A stretch of 64,000 bases of DNA from Macrostomum lignano (GCA_002269645.1 NIVC01000330.1:186001-250000); one strand, 5' to 3'; shown: positions 23,592 to 35,894, counted from the stretch's first letter. Numbers and translations are program-made. Notes: generated from the letters alone by a model not told the origin.

Positions 23592-26500
23592 ATGGGCTGC
23601 GGCCCGTCGTCAAGCGACGACGCTTCGGCGAGCGGCGACAGCAAAGAGAAGGACGCGGCCTCGGCTGGCGAGATCAGCATCAGGTCGGCGGTGCTCATCC
23701 AGAAGTGGTACCGCCGGTACAAGGCCCGGCTGGAGGCCAGGCGGCGCACCACCTGGATGATCTACCAGAGCATCGAGTACTCCAGCGAGTCCAGCCAGCT
23801 GCACCTGTACAATTTCTTCAACGACATGCTCAGCCTGACCGGAGTCGGCGGCGGTGGCCACCCGTCGGGAGCAGCCGCCGCGGAGCCGCTGAAAACCTGC
23901 GTCGTTGGGCACCGACGCTTCACCGAGCGGCTCCGGCAACTCAGCCAGGAGGAGGAGGATCGCGAGCTGCTCGACCTGACCAGCTTCGCCGACCTGTCGG
24001 TTGAGAAGAGCTACCGAGGCCCGCACCTCACCTTCCCGTTGAGCGCCAGCCACGTGCAGCTGATGATTGACAGCTTCCGGCAGGGCGGCCAGCTGCATCC
24101 GCGCTACCTGCTGCAGCTGCTGCACGAGACTCGGCTGGCCCTGCGCGCCAAGCCTAACGTGCACTCGGCCAGCACCAGCATCTCCAAGCAGGTCACGGTC
24201 ATCGGCGACCTGCACGGCAAGCTGGATGACCTGCTGATAGTGTTCTACAAGAACGGCCTGCCGGACATCACCAACCCGTACGTGTTCAACGGAGACTTTG
24301 TCGACCGCGGCGCCAACTCAGTTGAAGTGGCTGCGCTGCTGTTCGCCTGCCAGCTGGTGTGGCCGACGGCCGTCTGCGTCAACCGGGGCAACCACGAGGA
24401 TCACGTGATGAACTGCCGCTACGGCTTCATCAAGGAGGTGCAGACAAAGTACAGGCATTCGGCCAGCAAGATTGTCAAACTGTTTGCCGAGGTGTTCGCC
24501 TGGATGCCGCTGGCTACGGTGGGACTGTGGGACTGTGGGACTGTGGGACTGTGGGACTGTGGGACTGTGGGACTGTGGGACTGTGGGACTGTGGGACTGT
24601 GGGACTGTGAGACTGCGGGACTGTGGGACTGTGGGACTGAGACAGTGAGAATCGTGATACCATGTCGGCACCAGAGTGAGCAAAACCCGACCTCTCCACG
24701 CCGCCCCCATCGCAGCTGATAGATGATCGCATCCTGGTCGCCCACGGCGGTATTTCCGACAAGCTGGACTTGGAGTTGCTCCGCAGGCTAGACCGGCACA
24801 GATACCTGTCGGCCCTGAGACCGCCTGGAAACGATGGTGAGAAAGTGGACTACCTGGAGTGGCGGCAGGTACTGGACCTGCTATGGAGCGATCCAAAGCC
24901 GCAGGCGGGCTGCCGGCCCAACACGTTCAGAGGCGGCGGCTGCTACTTCGGCCCGGACGTCACTGAGAGCTTCCTGCGCAAGAACAAGCTGACTCTGCTG
25001 GTCAGATCGCACGAGTGCAAGCAGGATGGCTATGAGTTCTGCCATGACGGAGCTGTGCTCACAGTGTTCTCGGCCTCCAATTACTACGAGGAGGGCAGCA
25101 ACAGGGGCGCCTACGTGAAATTCGACAGCTCCGGCAAGCCGCACATCGTCCAGTACATGGCCAGCCGCTCCAGGAGGCTGCCGGTTGGCAGGCGCCTCTC
25201 CACCGTGGAGGAGGGCGCGTTGAAGGGACTCAGGGCTCGCGTGCTGGCCTCGAAGACCGAGTTGCTTGCTGCATTTCAGCGACTGGATCCCGGCAGAACT
25301 GGAGCGATACGGCTGGCCGATTGGTGCCAGGTGGGCCGGCGGGTTCCGGGAAATCACCTGGGAACCTGACTCTCCGCTTCATCAGGGCTTGAGAATCTTC
25401 CTCTCCGCTTCTTCAGTGCTTGAGAATCTGCCTCTCCGCTTCATCAGGCCTTGAGAATCTGCCTCTCCGCTTCATATTGCTTGAGAATGTGCCTCTCAGC
25501 CAGAATCATAGGAACTCACGCATACATCAACCAGCATCACGGGAACACACGCATAGATCAACCAGCATCACTGGAACACACGCATAGATCAGCCAGCATC
25601 ACGGGAACACAAGCATACATCAGCCAGCATCACGGGAACACACGCATACATCAACCAGCATCACGGGAACACACGCATACATCAGCCAGCATCACGGGAA
25701 CACACGCATACATCAACCAGCATCACGGGAACACACGCATACATCAACCAGCATCACGGGAACACACGCATACATCAACCAGCATCACGGGAACACACAC
25801 ATACATCAGCCAGCATCACGGGAACACACGCATACATCAGCCAGCATCACGGGAACACAAGCACACATCAGCCAGCATCACGGGAACACACGCATACATC
25901 AGCCAGCATCACGGGAACACAAGCACACATCAGCCAGCATCACGGGAACACAAGCATACATCAGCCAGCATCACGGGAACACACGCATACATCAGCCAGC
26001 ATCACGGGAACACACGCATACATCAACCAGCATCACGGGAACACACGCATACATCAGCCAGCATCACGGGAACACACGCATACATCAGCCAGCATCACGG
26101 GAACACACGCATACATCAGCCAGCATCACGGGAACACAAGCACACATCAGCCAGCATCACGGGAACACACGCATACATCAGCCAGCATCACGGGAACACA
26201 AGCACACATCAGCCAGCATCACGGGAACACAAGCATACATCAGCCAGCATCACGGGAACACACGCATACATCAGCCAGCATCACGGGAACACACGCATAC
26301 ATCAACCAGCATCACGGGAACACACGCATACATCAGCCAGCATCACGGGAACACACGCATACATCAGCCAGCATCACGGGAACACACGCATACATCAGCC
26401 AGCATCACGGGAACACACACACACATCGGTAATTTTCCTTCACCCACCCAGGCCATGGACGAGACCCTCAGACTTGACCTGCCCTGGCGGACTCTGCGGC

Positions 26501-26907
26501 CGCACCTGGCCGAGTTAGACAAGAGCGGCCGGCTGCTGTACATGACCTGCTTCGAGCGGGTCGCCCTGGACGCTGGCCGCCTTGCCGGCACCAAGGAGGT
26601 GGCCGCTTCGCTCACCGAGGCGGTGTACAAGAACAAGGAGGAGCTGGAGACCATCTTCCGCATCATGGACAAGGACAGCAGCGGCCACATCAGCCTGGAG
26701 GAATTCCGCGACTCCTGCCGCGTCCTGAGCGAAGCCACCGGTCGCCAAATGGCCGACGCCGAAGTCGAAGCGATGGCCAAAGCGATGGACCTCAACAACG
26801 ACGGGTACATCGATTTCAACGAGTTCTTGGAGGCGTTTCGCATTGTTGACAATCAGACTGTGCGGCTGGTTGGAACTGCGGCTGCGCTGGGCGCCCCGAA
26901 GCAGTGA
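23592..26907 (+). CDS. PPEF: Serine/threonine protein phosphatase with EF-hands (PPEF/rdgC family), 665 aa, 3 exons
   Basis: Exons 23592-24518, 24716-25330, 26452-26907. N-terminal MGCG acylation motif; IQ motif AVLIQKWYRRYKAR; PPP catalytic motifs GDLHG, GDFVDRG, NRGNHE, HGG, RSHE, SASNY; C-terminal EF-hands DKDSSGHISLEEF and DLNNDGYIDFNEF. Confidence 0.95.
24519..24641. repeat. (GTGGGACT)n starting exactly at the PPEF intron 1 donor
   Basis: The first unit is the donor GT itself; about 15 copies. Confidence 0.93.
25364..26425. repeat. Arrays in PPEF intron 2 (short ~29-bp array, then 31-bp CAGCCAGCATCACGGGAACACACGCATACAT)
   Basis: About 29 copies of the 31-mer. Confidence 0.93.
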
Positions 26908-26917
26908 AGTGGCGGAA

Positions 26918-28262
26918 AAGTACAATGGATTGCTAGTCTAGCCAATAGAGTACAATGGATTGCTAGTCTAGCCAATAGGGTACAATGGATTGCTAGTCTA
27001 GCCAATAGAGTACAATGGATTGCTAGTAGGGCCAATAGGGTACAATGGATTGCTAGTCTAGTCAATGGGGTGCAATGGATTGCTAGTCTAGCCAATAGGG
27101 TACAATGGATTGCTAGTCTAGTCAATGGGGTGCAATGGATTGCTAGTCTAGCCAATAGGGTACAATGGATTGCTAGTCTAGCCAATAGGGTACAATGGAT
27201 TGCTAGTCTAGTCAATGGGGTGCAATGGATTGCTAGTCTAGCCAATAGGGTACAATGGATTGCTAGTCTAGCCAATAGGGTACAATGGATTGCTAGTCTA
27301 GTCAATGGGGTGCAATGGATTGCTAGTCTAGCCAATAGGGTACAATGGATTGCTAGTCTAGTCAATGGGGTGCAATGGATTGCTAGTCTGGTCAATTGGT
27401 GTGCAATGGATTGCTAGTCTGGTCAATTGGAGTGCAATGGATTGCTAGTCTGGTCAATTGGAGTGCAATGGATTGCTAGTCTGGTCAATTGGAGTGCAAT
27501 GGATTGCTAGTCTGGTCAATTGGAGTGCAATGGATTGCTAGTCTAGTCAATTGGGTGCAATGGATTGCTAGTCTGGTCAATTGGAGTGCAATGGATTGCT
27601 AGTCTGGTCAATGGGGTGCAATGGATTGCTAGTCTAGTCCCAATTATGTGCAATGGATTGCTAGTCTAGTCAATGGGGTGCAATGGATTGCTAGTCTGGT
27701 CAATTGGAGTGCAATGGATTGCTAGTCTGGTCAATTGGAGTGCAATGGATTGCTAGTCTAGTCAATTGGGTGCAATGGATTGCTAGTCTGGTCAATTGGA
27801 GTGCAATGGATTGCTAGTCTGGTCAATGGGGTGCAATGGATTGCTAGTCTAGTCCCAATGATGTGCAATGGATTGCTAGTCTAGTCAATGGGGTGCAATG
27901 GATTGCTAGTCTGGTCAATTGGAGTGCAATGGATTGCTAGTCTGGTCAATTGGAGTGCAATGGATTGCTTGTCTAGTCATTTGGGTGCAATGGATTGCTA
28001 GTCTGGTCAATTGGAGTGCAATGGATTGCTAGTCTGGTCAATGGGGTGCAATGGATTGCTAGTCTAGTCCCAATGATGTGTAATGGATTGCTAGTCTAGT
28101 CAATGGGGTGCAATGGATTGCTAGTCTGGTCAATTGGAGTGCAATGGATTGCTAGTCTGGTCAATTGGAGTGCAATGGATTGCTAGTCTGGTCAATTGGA
28201 GTGCAATGGATTGCTAGTCTAGTCCCAATGATGTGCAATGGATTGCTAGTCTAGTCAATGGG
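26918..28262. repeat. 30/31-bp minisatellite beginning about 11 nt after the PPEF stop
   Basis: GTACAATGGATTGCTAGTCTAGCCAATAGG grading to GTGCAATGGATTGCTAGTCTGGTCAATTGGA; about 44 copies. Confidence 0.95.
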
Positions 28263-28696
28263 GTACCTAGACTACCTAGACTAAGTTGAATATTTGCGAT
28301 TGAAATCGACTTGAAAGCGTTAGCGATAAACTGATCCTTTTTACTTCTCCTGCTTGATAATTTTCTTGAGAAATGTGCACCGAATTTCGCATCTGAGCAA
28401 AGCTATTTCCAGTCAAATTTTGGCGCCAATTTAAACGCAATCTATCGCTATCGCTAAAACAATTTAGCAAATATTTATTCTGTTGTACAAAATCGCCTTC
28501 GATGTCATCAGTTACTGATTTTTTTTTGTTCGCTTTAAAAGTCATCTGCCGCCTCCCTTTCGCGAAAAAAATAACTGCAACAATCCCCACTGTTACAAAG
28601 TTTACAAATTTACAAAGTTTCCTTCATCAGGTGGGAGCAGAGCAGCTCCGCGGTGAACGCGTCTGACTCTCGGGCCACCAAATTCATTCATTTTCT

Positions 28697-28990
28697 TCAC
28701 AGACTTGAATCTTCACAGAATCGAATATTCACAGACTCGAATGTTCACAGACTCGAATCTTCACAGACTCGAATATTCACAGACTCGAATGTTCACAGAC
28801 TCGAATCTTCACAGAATTGAATCTTCACAGAATCAAATCTTCACAGAATCGAATATTCAAAAAATCGAATTTTCACAGACTCGAAACTTCACAGACTCGA
28901 AACTTCACAGACTCGAATCTTCACATACTGGAATCTTCACAGACTCGAATGTTCACAGACTCGAATGTTCACAAGTTCGAATCTTCACAA
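28697..28990. repeat. 16-bp repeat TTCACAGACTCGAATC
   Basis: About 18 degenerate copies. Confidence 0.85.
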
Positions 28991-29207
28991 GCTCAAAACT
29001 ATTTTAAAGTTCAATGGTTCATCATTTTCAACTTGGATGGGAGTGTATAATCTATCTCATAAAATTAGGGCTTACGAGCTGAAATCCTAAGGCTTATATA
29101 TCGGTGATGCATTTATAATTAGGCAAAAAATTGGAACAATTCCATAATTTAGATGCTGTTGGTCTAAATATGCTTATAAATTATCTTTTGTAGAAGATAG
29201 CGGGGGG

Positions 29208-29250
<43 letters not shown>

Positions 29251-29635
29251 TTGATCAGTTTTTTAGAGCGCTTCATCTAGCTGAGCTAGAATCTGGAGCA
29301 ATTTAATTTTAATCCGCTGCTGGAAATAAAATCCTCATCATTACTTAAAAGCGAGGTCTGAGTGCACGCTTGCATTGAATCAGTTTGAATGCTTAAAGCA
29401 CTGATACATTGGGCGCATGGATACGCAAGTTCGAGCCATCGTTTTACGAGTAATCGCATGAGCAATTGTCATTAAGTGAGCATTTCCGCATCGAATCAGC
29501 TTTGAGTAACCGTAATAATTCAACTCTATAACTTCAAATTTTAGTTGCTAGGGTCTGGGGGTCTGCTCTACCAAACCTCTCCCCTCTCTTTATATCCTCA
29601 CAATATATTTCAGATCTGCCTTTCTAATTCCCTAT

Positions 29636-30775
29636 AGTTCTATTTCCATTTCTGTAAGATCTATTCCCATCTCTGTAAGATCATTTTTCATTTCTGTAAG
29701 ATCTATTCCCATCTCTGTAAGATCTATTCCCATCTCTGTAAGATCTATTCTCATCTCTGTAAAATCTATTCTCATTTCTGTAAGATCTATTCCCATCTCT
29801 GTAAGATCTATTCTCATCTCTGTAAGATCTGTTCTCGTCTCTGTAAAATATATTCCCATCTCTGTAAGATCTATTCCCATCCCTGTAAGATCTATTCTCA
29901 TCTCTGTAAGATTTATTCTCATCTCTATAAGATCTGTTCTCATCTGTGTAGGATCTATTCCCGTCACTCTGAGATCTATTCTCATCTCTGTAAGATCTAT
30001 TCCCATCTCTGTAAGATCTATTCCCATCTCTGTAAGATCTATTCTCATCTCTGTAAAATCTATTCTCATTTCTGTAAGATCTATTCCCATCTCTGTAAGA
30101 TCTATTCTCATCTCTGTAAGATCTGTTCTCGTCTCTGTAAAATATATTCCCATCTCTGTAAGATCTATTCCCATCCCTGTAAGATCTATTCTCATCTCTG
30201 TAAGATTTATTCTCATCTCTATAAGATCTGTTCTCATCTGTGTAGGATCTATTCCCGTCACTCTGAGATCTATTCTCATCTCTGTAAGATCTATTCTCAT
30301 CTCTGTAAGATCTATTCTAATCTGTGTAATATCTATTCTCATCTCTGTAAGATCTGTTCTCATCTCTGTAAGATCTATACCCATCTCTGTAAGATCTGTT
30401 CTCATCTCTGTAAGATCTGTTCTCATCTCTGTAAGATCTGTTCTCATCTCTGTAAGATCTATTCTCATCTCTGTAAGATCTATTCTCATCTCTGTAAGAT
30501 CTATTCTAATCTGTGTAATATCTATTCTCATCTCTGTAAGATCTGTTCTCATCTCTGTAAGATCTATACCCATCTCTGTAAGATCTGTTCTCATCTCTGT
30601 AAGATCTGTTCTCATCTCTGTAAGATCTGTTCTCATCTCTGTAAGATCTATTCTCATCTCTGTAAGATCTATTCTAATCTGTGTAAGATCTATTCTCATC
30701 TCTGTAAAATCTATTCCCATCTCTGTAAGATCTATTCTCATCTCTGTAGAATCTATTCCCGTCACTCCGAGATCT
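29636..30775. repeat. 21-bp minisatellite CTCTGTAAGATCTATTCTCAT with a 294-bp higher-order duplication
   Basis: About 54 copies; variant CCCGTCACTCTGAG at 29960 and 30254. Confidence 0.95.
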
Positions 30776-31439
30776 GTTGCCGTCTCCAAAAAAATACAAT
30801 TCAGGCAAGCAAAAGCAACAGTGAAAGGTTCACATCATAAATGCGCAAGGCATAAACAAGCAAAGGTGCAGGTTTGAATAACAGCCTAAGCTAGTGGGCG
30901 ATTAAACCGATGCTGCCAGCTCAGGCTTTGATCAGGGAGATTATGGAACAAATGTCGAATTCATTCCCAAGCAAGGAGAGAAAAGGGAAAGCAGGAGCGA
31001 TGGGCCTCAGAAACTCATATGGCTTACTGAGTTCGCTTTGATAGCCACCCTCAAGCCCCTCTTTGATGATGCTTCCCTGTAGGTCGCCTCTTAAGTCCGC
31101 ACTTCTCTTCCCACTGTGTATCTCTCAAAGTATTATGAGGCACTCTTCAGCTAGCCCCTGACAATGTATTCATAATTAGATCGAACCCCCCCCTCCCCAC
31201 ACGTTCCGCTTCCGTCACCCTGTGTACACGTATTTCCGTACTGCTTTGAGAGTGTGGGCGCCAGAATGGAGGCATAATGAGCCTGTGCTCTGTTTGTATT
31301 GAACACTGTGCTGTGAGCACTGATACACAATAAAAGACTTACTCGGAATTTGCTTTGGCTGTAATGCAACAGTTTTACTGGATTATTAGGGACTAATAAC
31401 TTTTTAAATACTAATTGACACTTTCAGTAGTTGAAACTG

Positions 31440-31890
31440 AGAGAGATAGAGACAGGGGAGAGGAGACAGAAAGAGGGAGAGGAGACAGAGAGAGAGGAGA
31501 GGAGACAGAGAGAGAGAGGAGAGGAGACAGAGAGAGAGGAGAGGAGACAGAGAGAGGGGAGAGGAGACAGAGAGAGGGGAGAGGAGACAGAGAGAGGGGA
31601 GAGGAGACAGAGAGAGGGGAGAGGAGGCAGAAGAGAGGGGAGAGGAGGCAGAAGAGAGGGGAGAGGAGGCAGAAGAGAGGGCAGAGGAGGCAGAAGAGAG
31701 GGGAGAGGAGGCAGAAGAGAGGGGAGAGGAGGCAGAAGAGAGGGGAGAGGAGGCAGAAGAGAGGGGAGAGGAGGCAGAAGAGAGGGGAGAGGAGGCAGAA
31801 GAGAGGGGAGAGGAGGCAGAAGAGAGGGAAGAGGAGGTAGAAGACAGGGGAGAAGAGGCAGAAGAGAGGAGAGAGGAGGCAGAAGAGACA
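31440..31890. repeat. GA-rich ~20/21-bp repeat
   Basis: GAGGAGGCAGAAGAGAGGGGA-like units. Confidence 0.9.
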
Positions 31891-32484
31891 GACCATGCAC
31901 GAGAGAGTCAAAACTGGGCCCTCAGGAAAAGCGGTCACGCAAAGTGGCCCGCGAAACCGAATAAAAGGATGGAGGAAAAGAGACGCCACGACGGGTCGAT
32001 AGCCAAGCACTTATTTATCCCATTGCGGTAATCGAGTGATAGGGCGCAAGGAGGCTTCTGCGCGGTCAATCAGCTGGAAAATGTTGTCGCGCATGTTGCT
32101 GGGATGCGTTAAGCACGGCACTCAGTTTGGAAGCGGCCGACTAGTTTGGGAGCTAAACGCACTTATCAAAGAGCGCTGCAGCGATTCAATTTATTATTTG
32201 CCCATATTGGAGGCCGACTGCTAAAGCAAACTCTGTTCGCCTTATCGACAAATTTCTGCCAACGAAAAGGCTGTTTTTTGTTAGAAAATTCTGGGTTAAT
32301 CGGTCGCCGCCGCCTCTGCTGCTCTTTGAATTCTATGAACTTACACTTTAGTTTGATTACGAGCGTACTGGCTAGCGCAATTACTATTAGTAGCATCCAA
32401 TGTGTCTTCATTTATTTTTTATAACGCTAGACAATACGAATATACCGAAATATTTAAAGCAGCGGGTGCTTTATGAAAGTTAAA

Positions 32485-33120
32485 GAGTGACAGGCGCTTA
32501 TCGGGAATGGAGAGTGACAGGCGCTTGTTGGGAATGGAGAGTGACAGGCACTTATTGGAAATGAAGAGTGACAGGCGCTTATCGGGAATGGAGAGTGACA
32601 GGCACTTATCGGGAATGGAGAGTGACAGGCGCTTGTTGGGAATGGAGAGTGACAGGCGCTTGTTGGGAATGGAGAATGACAGGCGCTTGTTGGGAATGGA
32701 GAGTGACAGGCGCTTGTTGGGAATGGAGAGTGACAGGCGCTTGTTGGGAATGGAGAATGACAGGCGCTTGTTGGGAATGGAGAATGACAGGCGCTTGTTG
32801 GGAATGGAAAGTGACAGGCGCTTGTTGGGAATGGAAAGTGACAGGCGCTTGTTGGGAATGGAGAGTCACTCCTGTCACAGGCGCTTATCGGGAATGGAGA
32901 GTGACAGGCGCTTATCGGGAATGGAGAGTGACAGGCGCTTATCGGGAATGGAGAGTGACAGGCGCTTATCGGGAATGGAGAGTGACAGGCGCTTATCGGG
33001 AATGGAGAGTGACAGGCGCTTATCGGGAATGGAGAGTGACAGGCGCTTATCGGGAATGGAGAGTGACAGGCGCTTATCGGGAATGGAGAGTGACAGGCGC
33101 TTATCGGGAATGGAGAGTGA
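32485..33120. repeat. 27-bp minisatellite GTGACAGGCGCTTATCGGGAATGGAGA
   Basis: About 23 copies. Confidence 0.95.
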
Positions 33121-33429
33121 CAGGCGCTTATCGGGAATGGAGAGTGACAGGCGCTTATCGGGAATGGAGAGTGACAGGCATATTTATTCTTGAGCATGAC
33201 TGGCTTGCAGGGCTCAGTGTAAATAGGGAAGACGCAAGCTTCATCTTTGCACACGGGGTTCGCCCCCACTGCTGCTCAAGACTGCTAAATTGGGTATCTA
33301 ATTATATAAAAAAGCACACACAGGTAAACTCCGGCTGCAATAGCCAGCAATCGCTGACAACTATCTGCATCCCAGTGGCCTCTTAGCTCAGTGAAAAAGC
33401 TGCACTTAGCAACGTGATGCACACAATCG

Positions 33430-33442
33430 GTTGCCAAGCAAC
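33430..33442. promoter_or_regulatory. RFX X-box
   Basis: GTTGCC A AGCAAC fits GTNRCC-N(0-3)-RGYAAC exactly; about 320 nt upstream of the CAP-like gene ATG. Confidence 0.65.
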
Positions 33443-33537
33443 CTCAAAGCCGCACTGTACCCGCCATCTCCGAGAATAATTTTTGTCAATAGCCTTGGGC
33501 CTTGAGCGCTCCCCATTTCTGGTAGTTAAACTGAATG

Positions 33538-33552
33538 GTTGCCAGGGGCAAC
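33538..33552. promoter_or_regulatory. RFX X-box (palindromic)
   Basis: GTTGCC AGG GGCAAC, a perfect palindromic X-box about 210 nt upstream of the ATG. Confidence 0.7.
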
Positions 33553-33764
33553 AAATCAGATAGAAAGGCGCGTCTTTGTGTGCTAAACCCCACCCCTATA
33601 CCCCTGTGCGCGCTCCGGCGTCCAGTCTCTCTCTCTCCCAGTTCTGCATCCGGACTGAGAGCAAGGCCGGCCCCTTGAAATGCATGAGCTCTGAGGCAGG
33701 GCGAGAGAAGAAGCTCCAGTTCCAGTTGGGAAAGAAACTGCGGCATAAACGCAGAAGCAGCAGC

Positions 33765-35695
33765 ATGGGTTGCGGCAGTAGCAGCAGCAGCAATGCCAGA
33801 CAATCCACAGGCTCGGTGGCCGGCGAGCGAGGCACGCCCAAGCAGGCTGACCCAGCCAAGGACGCCAAGCCGGCCAAGGAGGCCGAGAATCTGCTGCCGG
33901 CCGACACGGGCAGCCCGCCGCAGGGCCGCCGGAGTCTCCAGGCCAGCCGGGCGTCGCTTGAGCAGCAGGCCGGTGATCCGGCGGCGCCAGCTGCCGCCGC
34001 TGAATCCTCCACGACCGCCGAGGCTCCAGTTCAACAGCAGCAGCAGCAGCCGCCACCGCCACCGCCACCGCCGCCACCGCCGCCTTCAAAAGCGGCCGAG
34101 GAGGCGAGTTCGACTGGGCAGAGCGCCGAAGCGGAGGCGGAAGTGGGGGCGGAAGTGGGGGCGGAAGTGGGGGCGGAAGTCGAGGCGGAGCAGCCGAGGC
34201 TGGAGGATTGGCAGGAACGGTTGCTAGGCGAACTAAACCGGCAGCGGTCGCAGGTGTTCAACGCCGAGCTTGGTCGGCTGGGACTTCGCAGCGAGTTGTG
34301 CGCGATTGCGCAACGCCTGGCCAGCCGGCTGGCGGGGCAGCAGGCCACGGTGGTCAGCCCGACAGTGGACGAGGCCGAGCAGCGGCTGGTTAAGGCTGGC
34401 GCCCGCTGCCACCTGATGTCGAGGGTGCTGACCGGGGAGGAGAGTCAGGACTGTGAGTGGCGGGATTGGGCGAACGGGGTGCAATCGGCTGGGGTGACAG
34501 GCACTAACAGTGTGCTGACTTTAGAGTGACAGGAGAGTAATCAGTTGCATACCAGAGTGACTGACACTTAGATAGGTGTTAGAGTGACAGACATTTGGCT
34601 GGAGTATTAGAGTGACAGACGTTTGGCTGGAGTATTAGAGTGACAGACGTTTGGCTGGAGTATTAGAGTGACAGACGTTTGGCTGGAGTATTAGAGTGAC
34701 AAACATTTGGCTGGGTATTAGAGTGACAGACATTTGGCTGGAGTATTAGAGTGACAAACATTTGGCTGGGGTGTAAGAGTGACAAACATTTGGCTGGGGT
34801 GTTAGAGTGACAGACATTTGGCTGGGGTGTTAGAGTGACAGACATTTGGCTGGGGTGTTCGAGTGACAAACATTTGGCTGGGGTGTTAGAGTGACAGACA
34901 TTTGGCTGGGGTGTTAGAGTGACAGACACTTGGCTGGGGTGTTAGAGTGACAGACATTTGGCTGGGGTGTTAGAGTGACAGACATTTGGCTGGGGTGTTA
35001 GAGTGACAGACATTTGGCTGGGGTGTTAGAGTGACAGACGTTTGGCTGGGGTGTTAGAGTGACAGACATTTGGCTGGAGTATTAGAGTGACAGACGTTTG
35101 GCTGGAGTGTTAGAGTGACAGACATTTGGCTGGGGTGTTAGATTGACAGACATTTGGCTGGGGTGTTCGAGTGACAGACACTTGGCTGGGGTGTTAGAGT
35201 GACAGACACTTGGCTGGAGTTATTAGAATGACAGACACTTGGCTAGAGTTATTAGAGTGACAGACAGATAGCTTGATTTGGGGAGTGAGACACCTACAGG
35301 CGAACATGTATAGGCTAATGTAGATTTTAGTGACAGGCACTTGGTTGGATGCCGCAGTGACAAGCACACAATTACTGATTCAACCCAATCAACTCGTTCA
35401 AACTGCAGTTCATTCAATGCAAGAATTTTTCATTACCGTGGTTTCAGCTTAAATAAAAAAATTTCGTGTATACGGCAATAATTTAATTCTAGTGAATCTC
35501 TACCTGGCCGGTCTAATGGCCGGGATGAAGGCCAAAGAGGAAGATCTGGTTGATCGCGAGCAGCTGGAGGATTCTGGTGAGAATTTGGGGATAGTTGTCT
35601 GTCTGTCTGTCTTAGTGTCTGTCTGTCTGCCTGTCTGTCTGCCTGTCTGTCTGTCTGTCTGTCTGTCTGCCTGTCTGTCTGTCTGTCTGTCTTAG

Positions 35696-35732
<37 letters not shown>

Positions 35733-35863
35733 TAGTGTCTGTCTGTCTGTCTGTCTGTCTTAGTGTCTGTCTGTCTGCCTGTCTGTCTGCCTGTCTGTCT
35801 GTCTGTCTGTCTGCCTGTCTGTCTGTCTGTCTGTCTGCCTGTCTGTCTGTCTGTCTGTCTTAG

Positions 35864-35894
<31 letters not shown>

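Noticed and set aside
23447-26925. Antisense and alternate-frame ORFs over PPEF, and similar ones over the CAP-like, ORP and ODF3 exons
   Set aside because: Shadow ORFs expected from GC-rich codon usage; no recognisable motifs.
29632-30789. 385-aa (DLTEMRI)n ORF resembling a coiled coil
   Set aside because: Pure 21-bp array that is in frame by arithmetic; no unique coding flanks or splice sites found.
31060-31372. Possible solo LTR (AATAAA followed by ...GCAACA)
   Set aside because: No matching TG start with TSD could be identified, and there is no second copy in the window.
32166-32411. 81-aa ORF with a hydrophobic N-terminus (MKTHWMLLIVIALA...)
   Set aside because: No homology motif, splice support or coding-type codon bias.
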